From: Chloroflexota bacterium
Lineage (GTDB): Bacteria; Chloroflexota; UBA11872; VXOZ01
Length of the DNA stretch: 64,000 nt
Direction: 5' to 3'
NCBI GenBank assembly: GCA_963662335.2
Contig: CAXXVD010000005.1
Span: 320,001-384,000 of the forward strand
Positions 1 through 7,624 of this stretch are shown here, piece after piece. A program made the position numbers and the translations under genes. The first letter of the stretch is position 1; each line of letters starts with the position of its first letter. The notes beneath the pieces are model-generated. The model had not been told where the DNA came from. It searched no databases and was given only the letters and a program-made list of their open reading frames with translations.

Positions 1-21
1 GCAAGGAGTGAAGTCCTAACC

Positions 22-912
22 GTGAAGTACGCCTTCTTTCCCGGTTGCGTCTCGCGGGGCGCGTGTCCCGAACTGATGCAGTCGCTCACCGCAGTGGCGG
101 AGCACATCGGTATGGAACTCGAGCTCATGGAGACCGCCTCCTGCACCGGGGCCGGCGTCATCAGCGAGCGCAACCAGAAGCTGGCCGACGCCCTGAACGC
201 CCGCAACTTCGCCCTGGCGGAACAGACCGGCCTGCCGCTCATGAACATCTGCAGCACCTGCCAGGGCGTGATGAGCGGCGTCAACGAGCGGCTCAAGGCG
301 CGCCCGGAGTATCTGGCGGAGATCAACGAGGTGCTCGCGGAAGAGGGTTTGTCGTACTCCGGCAAGGCCGACCCGCGCAACTTCATGTGGGTGCTGGTGG
401 AGGACTTCGGCCTGGATAACCTGCGGTCGCTGGTCAAGCGCCCGCTATCCGAACTCAACGTCGCGCCCTTCTACGGCTGCTACATTTCGCGCCCCACCGA
501 CGTGCTGGGCTACCACGACTTTCCCCAACGCGGCGTGTACCTGGAGATGATCATCGAGGCCTGCGGCGCGACGCCGGTGGACTACTCCGGCAAGAAGAAG
601 TGCTGCGGCTTTCCCATCATCACCATGAACCGCGCGAACTCGCTCACGATGGCGGGCAACCACGTCGGGGAAGCCGCGGACAAAGGCGCCGATTTCATGG
701 TCACGCCCTGCCCACTCTGCCACCTGAATCTGGACGCGCAACAGCCCGACGCCGCCAGAGTCGTGCAGACGCCCCTCAACCTGCCCATTCTCCACCTCTC
801 CCAACTCATCGGCATGGCGTTGGGCATCGACGACGCGGCCCTGGGCCTCAACCGCCACGTGGTCTCCACCAATCCGGTGCGCGAGCGCGTCCACGCGCTG
901 CCGCTGGCCTAG
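22..912 (+). CDS. HdrB-family CCG-domain protein (heterodisulfide reductase subunit B / SdhE-type succinate dehydrogenase subunit)
   Basis: YAFFPGC start, two cysteine-rich CCG-type domains (SCTG...CSTC; YGC...CCG...CPLC); SD AAGGAG upstream; lies just upstream of mdh. Confidence 0.85.
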   Translation: MKYAFFPGCVSRGACPELMQSLTAVAEHIGMELELMETASCTGAGVISERNQKLADALNARNFALAEQTGLPLMNICSTCQGVMSGVNERLKARPEYLAEINEVLAEEGLSYSGKADPRNFMWVLVEDFGLDNLRSLVKRPLSELNVAPFYGCYISRPTDVLGYHDFPQRGVYLEMIIEACGATPVDYSGKKKCCGFPIITMNRANSLTMAGNHVGEAADKGADFMVTPCPLCHLNLDAQQPDAARVVQTPLNLPILHLSQLIGMALGIDDAALGLNRHVVSTNPVRERVHALPLA

Positions 913-1042
913 CCTGCGGGGAAACGATACGTGCAACTACACTTGCTAGACGCGACTCTTCGGCAGGTCGCTCGCGGATCGGCCTCTCACCGCTCCCAGG
1001 GAGAGACGTCACGGGCTGAGTCCCACACCCCCTGGGGAGAGG

Positions 1043-1189
1043 GTGACAGGGGCATCTAAGTGTCATTCCGAGCGCAGCGAGGAATCTAGAGATGCCGACT
1101 TTGCGTTGCAGTGCCCTAGATTCCTCACTCCGCTGCGCTCCGTTCGGAATGACATGTGAAGTCGATCATAGAATACATACCCCTGTCAG
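1043..1189. mobile_element. 147-bp MITE (GTGACAGG...CCTGTCAG ends) carrying a REP-A hairpin, inserted in a REP-B repeat
   Basis: Terminal inverted repeats; flanked by CTGGGGAGAGG (1032-1042) and TTGGGGAGAGG (1190-1200); full-length homolog of the same length at 53854-54000 in the opposite orientation. Confidence 0.75.
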
Positions 1190-1250
1190 TTGGGGAGAGG
1201 ACCGGCGTGAGGGGGAACGCAGCTAGCAACAAACCGGAGGATTCTACCGT

Positions 1251-2177
1251 ATGCGCAAGAAGGTAACCATCGTCGGCGCGGGCCAAGTGGGCGGCTCCTG
1301 CGCCCGGCGTCTGGCGGAGCGCGATTACGCGGACATCGTGCTCATCGACATCATTGAGGGGCTGCCGCAGGGCAAGGCGCTCGACATCCAGCAGGCCGCG
1401 CCCATCGTCGGCTACGACTCCGCAATCATCGGCACCAACGACTACGCCGACACGGCCGGGTCCGATCTCGTCGTCATCACCAGCGGCAGCCCGCGCAAGC
1501 CCGGCATGAGCCGCGACGACCTGCTGGCCGTCAACCAGAAGGTCATCACCGCCGTCACCGGCGAAATCGTCGCGCATTCGCCCAATTGCATCATCATGGT
1601 CGTCACCAATCCGGTCGACGCCATGACCCACCTGGCGTGGCAGGTGAGCGGCTTTCCCACAAATCGCGTCGTTGGACAGGGCGGCGTGCTCGATTCCGCG
1701 CGCTACCGCACATTCCTGGCCCAGGAACTCGGCGTCTCCATGCGCGACGTGACCGGCTACGTGCTCGGCGGCCACGGCGACCAGATGGTGCCGCTGCCGC
1801 GCTACACCAGCGTTTCCGGTAAACCGATTACCGATTTCATAGAGCCCGAGCGGTTGGCAGAGATTGTCCAGCGCACCCGCGACGGCGGGGCCGAAATCGT
1901 CAATCTGCTCAAGCTCGGCAGCGCCTACGAAGCCCCCGGCGCCGCGCTGGTCGAGATGTGCGACGCCATTCTGCTCGACCAGAAGCGCGTCTTGCCGTGC
2001 GCGGCCTACCTGGAGGGCGAGTACGGCATCAGCGGCGTCTACGTCGGCGTCCTGGCGCAACTCGGAGCCGGCGGTGTGGAAGAGATCGTCGAACTCGACC
2101 TTACGGACGCAGAGAGCGCCATGCTCAACCATTCGGCGGACGCCGTGCGCGAGTTGGTGGACGTGATGGGCATCTAG
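1251..2177 (+). CDS. mdh: Malate dehydrogenase (LDH-like)
   Basis: IVGAGQVG Rossmann motif, RKPGMSRDDL, VTNPVD, LDSAR, LGGHGD; SD GGAGG. Confidence 0.95.
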   Translation: MRKKVTIVGAGQVGGSCARRLAERDYADIVLIDIIEGLPQGKALDIQQAAPIVGYDSAIIGTNDYADTAGSDLVVITSGSPRKPGMSRDDLLAVNQKVITAVTGEIVAHSPNCIIMVVTNPVDAMTHLAWQVSGFPTNRVVGQGGVLDSARYRTFLAQELGVSMRDVTGYVLGGHGDQMVPLPRYTSVSGKPITDFIEPERLAEIVQRTRDGGAEIVNLLKLGSAYEAPGAALVEMCDAILLDQKRVLPCAAYLEGEYGISGVYVGVLAQLGAGGVEEIVELDLTDAESAMLNHSADAVRELVDVMGI

Positions 2178-2242
2178 AGTGGGCGCGCGTTTCGCAGACC
2201 GTACATTTGCCGAGCATTGACCCAAGCCTAGGAGGAAAGAAC

Positions 2243-3112
2243 GTGAACGTGGCGAGCACACAACCGCAAGTTGGACAGACGGCGCCGGACTTCACCCTGC
2301 CGGACGTCTACGGCACGCGCCGGTCGTGGCGCGAGTTTCGCGGCAAGCGCGCGCTTTTGTACATGTGGGCGTCGTGGTGACGCTGCCGGGACCAGTTGCC
2401 AGGTTGGCAACAATTCGCCGAGAAGCACGCGCATGACAACTTCCAGATGCTCTCCGTGGCCATGGACGGCGGCGGCGTGGAGAAGCCGCGCGCGTTCGTA
2501 GAGGAGTTCGGCGTGACCTTTCCGACCCTCGTGGACGCCAGCGGTCTCCTCTCCCGCCTCTACGGCTTCCACGCGGTGCCCAATGGCGTCTACGTGGATG
2601 AAGCGGGCGTCATCCGCTTCAAACTCTTCACCGGCTTTAGCATCGAGCGCACCGACGCGGTGGCGCAACTTGAATCGCTGCTCGCAACGCCGCTTGGGAA
2701 CGCGCCGGCCGCGCCGGCTGTGGCGCAACAGCCGTTTGAGATTGAGGTGATGCTGGAACAAGCCGCGGCGAACGGCGATGACCCCGCCCTCCAGCTTGGC
2801 CTGGCTGAGGCCTACCTCCAGGAGGGCGACAACGCGCGCGCGGCAGAGGCCTTCGCCCGGTCGCTGGAACTCGATAGCGCTTCCGCCAACGCCGCCTTTG
2901 GCCTCGGCGCCGCGCTGCACCGGCTGGGCCGGACGGCCGCGGCCCTGGACGCCTGGGGACGCGCCCTGCGCCTGGAGCCGGACAACTTCGTCATTCGCAA
3001 GCAAATCTGGCGCATGAAGTACCCGGAGAGGTTCTATCCCGTAATCGACTACGACTGGCAGCAGGCGCAGCTTGCCCAGGAGAAGGCCGCGGAAGCGCAA
3101 GCGACCGTATAG
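2243..3112 (+). CDS. Selenoprotein: TlpA/redoxin-family thiol oxidoreductase (WASW-U-R-C) with C-terminal TPR region; TGA 2378-2380 read as Sec
   Basis: SD AGGAGG plus GTG 2243; APDFTLPD...LYMWASW-TGA-RCRDQLP continues in frame into ORF 2396-3112; hairpin 15-31 nt after the TGA. Confidence 0.85.
2395..2411 (+). promoter_or_regulatory. Bacterial SECIS-like hairpin
   Basis: GTTGCCA-GGT-TGGCAAC perfect stem with G-containing apical loop about 22 nt downstream of the in-frame TGA. Confidence 0.75.
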
Positions 3113-3137
3113 CAAGCGGCGTGCACCGGGAGTTTCA

Positions 3138-3373
3138 CCCTCACCCTAGCCTTCTCCCTCAGGAGACCATTGCATAACTCAAGACGACAAACGAAATTAC
3201 TCCCTCTCCCTGGGGAGAGGCTGACAGGGGTATGCAAATGTCATTCCGAGCGCAGCGTCGAACCCTGTTCGCGGAATCTAAAGATGCTGACTCTGCAAGG
3301 CTGTGCGCCAGATTCCTCACTCCGCTACGCTCCGTTCGGAATGACAGGTAAGGTCTCCTCAAGAGAGAGGGGA
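3138..3373. mobile_element. Nested repeat cluster: REP-B interrupted by GGAGACC...GGTCTCC element (3162-3358, TCA duplication) that contains a right-truncated CTGACAGG MITE (3221-3346)
   Basis: Removing 3162-3358 plus one TCA restores CCCTCACCCTAGCCTTCTCCCTCAAGAGAGAGGGG; inner MITE follows the same CTGGGGAGAGG target as the 1043 copy. Confidence 0.65.
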
Positions 3374-3460
3374 TGATCTCGGTTGCGCGTTGGGCAACGC
3401 GCCGGCTCTTGGGTGACTCTTGACTGCGTGGATGACTCTGAATGCGGCGAGGCATAGCGC

Positions 3461-4654
3461 ATGGCTTGGGGTATCTTGGATAGATTCATGCGGCCCAAGT
3501 GGCTGTTGGACCGCGTGCTGCTTGTGGCCGAGGACGTCGCCGAGACCAATGGGGAAGCGCTGCCGGCGCTCCTCATCGAGACGTTGCGGGAGCACTTCGG
3601 CGCGCAATACGTCTGCATTCACTTCGCGGAGCACGGCAGGCTGCGTCCCGAAACGCGGGCGGCGCTCGTCAGCGCCTGTCCCGCCGCGCATGACGCGCAG
3701 GCGATCAATGAGTCTACGGAATCCGCTGGCGCCGAGGGGCGCTTCTGGCGGCACGCCCTCGCATCGCGCGACGTCGTTGTCGCCTCAACCACGCCCGCCG
3801 CGATACAGGATGATCTCCGCCCGTTGTTCGCCGCCGCCGGCGTCCAAGACGGCATGGCCATTCCCCTGCTCTACCGGGGCGAAGCCTACGCCGTGGCGAA
3901 TCTCTACTTCAAGCGCACCGTGCCCGCCAAACTCGCCACCGCACAGAACGTCATTCGCAGCGTGCGGCTGCTGGGCAACCTCGTCTATGGCGCGTTAGAG
4001 CAAGAGCGCTACGCCATGGAGTTGCGCGGCAGCGAGGGCGTGGTTCTTGCGCTGGCGCAGGCGGCGGCCGCGCGCGACGGCTATGCCGATGGACACGTGG
4101 CTCACGTATGCGCGCTGGCAGAAGCGCTGGGCGCGGCGGCGGGATTGAGCCGCGTGGAACAAGAGGCGGTACGCGCCGGCGCGATGCTGCGGGACATTGG
4201 CAAACTGCACGTGCCGGAGTACATGCTGCGCAAGCCGGGGCCCCTCGACGCGGAAGAACGCGCGCGGGTCCGCAAGCACCCGGCTCTCGGGGCGCGTATG
4301 TTGCTGGAATCCGGCAACGACGGGTCGCCTACACCGGAAGTGCTGGCGCTGGCCGCCGGCGCCATTCGCGGACACCACGAGCGGCTGGACGGCTCCGGCT
4401 ACCCCGACGGGCTGGCGGGGGACGCCGTGCCGGTTCTCGCCCGCATTGTCGCGATTGTAGACGTGTACGCCGCGCTGACCGCCGACCGCCCGTACCGCGC
4501 CGCCTTGCCGGAAATGCGGGCCGCGCACATCCTACAAGACATGGCCGGGCCGGCGCTGGATCCGGCGCTGGTCGCGTTCTTTCTTTCGCGGTGCGTTCCC
4601 GCGGCTGTTGCGTCCGAGCCCGCCGCAGAGCCTGTGGCGAACGCCCTCGCCTAG
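3461..4654 (+). CDS. GAF + HD-GYP domain protein (degenerate HD motif, RD)
   Basis: LRDIGK, LRKPGPL, HHERLDGSGYPDGL, ARIVAIVDVYAALTADRPYR; N-terminal GAF-like region. Confidence 0.88.
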   Translation: MAWGILDRFMRPKWLLDRVLLVAEDVAETNGEALPALLIETLREHFGAQYVCIHFAEHGRLRPETRAALVSACPAAHDAQAINESTESAGAEGRFWRHALASRDVVVASTTPAAIQDDLRPLFAAAGVQDGMAIPLLYRGEAYAVANLYFKRTVPAKLATAQNVIRSVRLLGNLVYGALEQERYAMELRGSEGVVLALAQAAAARDGYADGHVAHVCALAEALGAAAGLSRVEQEAVRAGAMLRDIGKLHVPEYMLRKPGPLDAEERARVRKHPALGARMLLESGNDGSPTPEVLALAAGAIRGHHERLDGSGYPDGLAGDAVPVLARIVAIVDVYAALTADRPYRAALPEMRAAHILQDMAGPALDPALVAFFLSRCVPAAVASEPAAEPVANALA

Positions 4655-4715
4655 CCTCACCCGTTGCAGGCCGCGCCAGCGCACGACCTCACTCCGCCAC
4701 TCGCGCCTGCGTCTT

Positions 4716-5942
4716 TCAGCCGTCCCCGGTTCCTGGCCGCGCGCGCCGGAAGGCGGCGCGGGTGAGGAACGGCATGACGATGGCGGCCGGCAGCAGGCTT
4801 AGCATGGCGATGCGAAAAGAGAAATTCTCCGCCACGACTCCTATGACGTAGGGCGGGAGCACGCCGCCGATTGCCGCGCCCAGCAGCAGCACAATCGCAA
4901 CCGTGCCCGGCCGGCGGGGAAACCGTTGCAAGGCGAGCGCCATCATGGTGGGGAACATGGGCGCGACGCACAGGCCAATCAGGAAGACGGCCGCATAAAC
5001 CACCCACGGCGCAGGCGCGAGTCCAACCGCGAGAACCATTGCCACGCTCAACATCAGAGGAATCTGCAGTATCTGCTCAGCCGAAAAGCGCCGGGCCAGC
5101 CACACGATCGCCAACCGGCCGAGGAAGATCGCTCCCCAAAAGAGCGACACCAGCACCGTGCTGCGGCCGTACGGTTCCTGAAACTCAACCGTCAGGTACG
5201 TCACGCCCCAGCCGATGAGCGAGACTTCAACCCATATGTAGAGCAGAAGCACCGCCGTAATCAGCACGATGAGGCTGTTGCGCGCCAGCGGCAGCACGTT
5301 GGCCCGGCTCAGCCGCTCGATGCTGGCCGCCTGCGGCAGTCGCACGCGCAGGGCCAAGGGCAAGCAGGCAAGGCCAAGCGCGCCAATGACCACCATCGGC
5401 AGACGCCAATTGAAGTCAAGTGAGAGGCCGATCAGCAGTGGGCTGAGCACGGCGCTCAGGCCGAAGAACATGTGCAAGTGGTTGAGGTCGGCGACGCGAT
5501 TGCCCGAACTGGCGTCGGAGACCGTCACGTTGGTAATTATGTCAATGCAGCCCAGTCCCGCGCCGGCAAAGAGCATGAACGCGGCCATTATCGCCCAGTG
5601 CGGCGCGAGGCCCCAGCCAAGGCAGCCCAAGGCCAGCATCAAACTGGCGCCTACCAGCGCCGGCCGCCGGCCGTAGCTATCGACCACGTAGCCCGCGACG
5701 ATGACGGCAAGCGCGAAGCCGGCCGTGGCCAGCGGAAAGACGATGCCCACGCTGGCAAGACTCAGCCCGAACTCGTTGCGCATGGCCGGCAAGGACGGGC
5801 CGATCAGGTTCCAGCCAAGCCCCATGAGAATGACGAGCGCGTAGTTCAAGAGCGTCAAAGGGCGGTAGCTGGGAACCTCCTGCTGGGCGATCTCCGCGGG
5901 TAGTGGTGGCGAGGCCGGCTTTAGCATTGATTCAGTACGCAA
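4716..5942 (-). CDS. MFS transporter (FucP/TsgA-like)
   Basis: About 12 hydrophobic segments, motif A GYVVDSYGRR; start uncertain (5942 or 5927). Confidence 0.88.
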   Translation of the reverse strand: MRTESMLKPASPPLPAEIAQQEVPSYRPLTLLNYALVILMGLGWNLIGPSLPAMRNEFGLSLASVGIVFPLATAGFALAVIVAGYVVDSYGRRPALVGASLMLALGCLGWGLAPHWAIMAAFMLFAGAGLGCIDIITNVTVSDASSGNRVADLNHLHMFFGLSAVLSPLLIGLSLDFNWRLPMVVIGALGLACLPLALRVRLPQAASIERLSRANVLPLARNSLIVLITAVLLLYIWVEVSLIGWGVTYLTVEFQEPYGRSTVLVSLFWGAIFLGRLAIVWLARRFSAEQILQIPLMLSVAMVLAVGLAPAPWVVYAAVFLIGLCVAPMFPTMMALALQRFPRRPGTVAIVLLLGAAIGGVLPPYVIGVVAENFSFRIAMLSLLPAAIVMPFLTRAAFRRARPGTGDG

Positions 5943-5973
5943 TTAGTGGAGTCAGCTTCGTAGTCATTTCATT

Positions 5974-6099
5974 TAGCATGCATGTCATTCCGAGTAGCAT
6001 GCATGTCATTCCGAGCGCAGCGAGGAATCTAAAGGGCTCCCGATTCTAGATTCTTCGTCGCTGCGCTCCTCAGAATGACATGCGCTCCTCAGAATGACA
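5974..6099. repeat. REP-A palindrome (TGTCATTCCGAGCGCAGCGAGGAATCT...AGAATGACA) with tandem duplications of both ends
   Basis: 21-bp unit duplicated at 5974-5994/5995-6015 and 19-bp unit at 6062-6080/6081-6099. Confidence 0.85.
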
Positions 6100-6310
6100 G
6101 TTGAGAGTTGGCGCAGACCTAGTGTCTATCACGGGTCTGGCCGCCGGCAAGCTTGCAACTGCTAGTCGCTGATCGGCAACTCATTGCATGTCTGTCTTGG
6201 ATGAGACCGGGGCGCGTCGTGGCGTCGCCACTCGTCCGCAACCGAGGTCGCGAGAATTCAAATCTCTGCGGGCCAATACCTGCGGCGCGTGCGTGGGACT
6301 TACCCCGTTC

Positions 6311-7609
6311 TCACGCCCGATAGGCCGCCGCTACCTTGTGAATCGCCGCCAGCACGTCGTCGAGGTCTTCCGGTTGCAGCGTTGGATAGACCTCGAGCCG
6401 GAACGAGCGCTGGCCGATCTCCCTGGCATTGGGGCATTCTACACGGGAGTAGTCCACGGCGGCGAATGGCTGCGGCGTATCGCCGTAGCCAACCTTCTGT
6501 TGATACACCGGCTCCAGGTAGAGTTCGGCGCTGGTGCCGCGCGCGGCGCGCACGCCCTCGGCCTGCAACGCCTGCACGAATTCGTCGCGAGAACAGGTTA
6601 AGGCTTCCGGCCGCAGCGTGACGTAGTAGCAGTAGAAGGCGTGCTCGGACTCCGGCGTCTCCGGCGCGGGCAGAAGCGCCGCTTCCAAGTCTCTCAGACC
6701 CGCAGTAAGATAGCGCGCGTTCTCGCGCCGCCGCCGCAGATGCCAGTCCAGCCGCGCCAGCGCCTTGAGGCCGATGGCGCTCTGCATCTCCGTCATGCGG
6801 TAGTTGTAGCCCACGCGGTGGTGGGTGTATTGGTTCAGCGCGCCCCGCGCCAACGCGCTGCGCCGTTCCGCTTCATGGAAGCCGTGGTCGCGGAAGCCGC
6901 GCGCAATCTCGGCGGCCGCCGCGTCATCCGCGCCCACCATACCGCCCTCGCCGCCGGTGGTGAAGATCTTGTCCTGGCAGAAACTCCAGGCGTTCACTAT
7001 GCCGAAACTCCCAACCGTCTTGCCGTTGTAGGTCGCGCCGTGGGCCTGGGCGCAGTCCTCGATCACCGCCAGCCCGCGCTTTCGCGCCAGCGCCGGCAGC
7101 GCGTCCATGTCCGCCGGCAGGCCGGCAAGGTGCACCGGAATAATGGCCGTTGTGCGCGGTGTGATGCGCTCGGCAACGGACTCTACCGCAAGCGTGTGCG
7201 TAGCCGGATCGATGTCGGCAAAGATCGGCGCGGCGAACTGGTTGGTGACCGCCGAGGCGGTGGCAATGAAACTGCGCGCCGGCACGATCACTTCATCGCC
7301 CGGTTTCACGCCGGCCGCCGCCAACGCCACGTGCAACGCGCTCGTGCCGCTGTTTACGCTAATCGCCTCCGCGATACCCATGCGGGCGGCGAACGCCGCC
7401 TGAAATTCGCGCCCGCGCTCGCCGGTCCAGTAATTCACGCGGCCGGAGTCGAGCACGGCCCGCACCGCTTCCTTCTCTTCCTCCCAGAACACCGGCCAGC
7501 GGGGAAACGGACGCCGCGCGGTATCCCGCACCGGCGCGCCGCCGTTGACGGCAAGTTCGCCCAGGCCCTCGCGCCCGCGCGTGACGGTCTGTTGTGCCAT
7601 GCTCGTCAT
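6311..7609 (-). CDS. DegT/DnrJ/EryC1/StrS PLP-dependent sugar aminotransferase
   Basis: NSGTSALH, IEDCAQAHGA, SFCQDKIFTTGGEGG, GYNYRMTE. Confidence 0.93.
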   Translation of the reverse strand: MTSMAQQTVTRGREGLGELAVNGGAPVRDTARRPFPRWPVFWEEEKEAVRAVLDSGRVNYWTGERGREFQAAFAARMGIAEAISVNSGTSALHVALAAAGVKPGDEVIVPARSFIATASAVTNQFAAPIFADIDPATHTLAVESVAERITPRTTAIIPVHLAGLPADMDALPALARKRGLAVIEDCAQAHGATYNGKTVGSFGIVNAWSFCQDKIFTTGGEGGMVGADDAAAAEIARGFRDHGFHEAERRSALARGALNQYTHHRVGYNYRMTEMQSAIGLKALARLDWHLRRRRENARYLTAGLRDLEAALLPAPETPESEHAFYCYYVTLRPEALTCSRDEFVQALQAEGVRAARGTSAELYLEPVYQQKVGYGDTPQPFAAVDYSRVECPNAREIGQRSFRLEVYPTLQPEDLDDVLAAIHKVAAAYRA

Positions 7610-7624
7610 TCCTCCGTTTATCGC

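Noticed and set aside
2243-3112. Nonsense pseudogene or two separate genes
   Set aside because: The TGA is at the catalytic Cys position with a SECIS-like hairpin, and both halves are intact and in frame
6236-6276. T-arm-like GAGGTCGCGAGAATTCAAATCTC (possible tRNA fragment or att site)
   Set aside because: No cloverleaf, no match to tRNAs in the window, and no integrase
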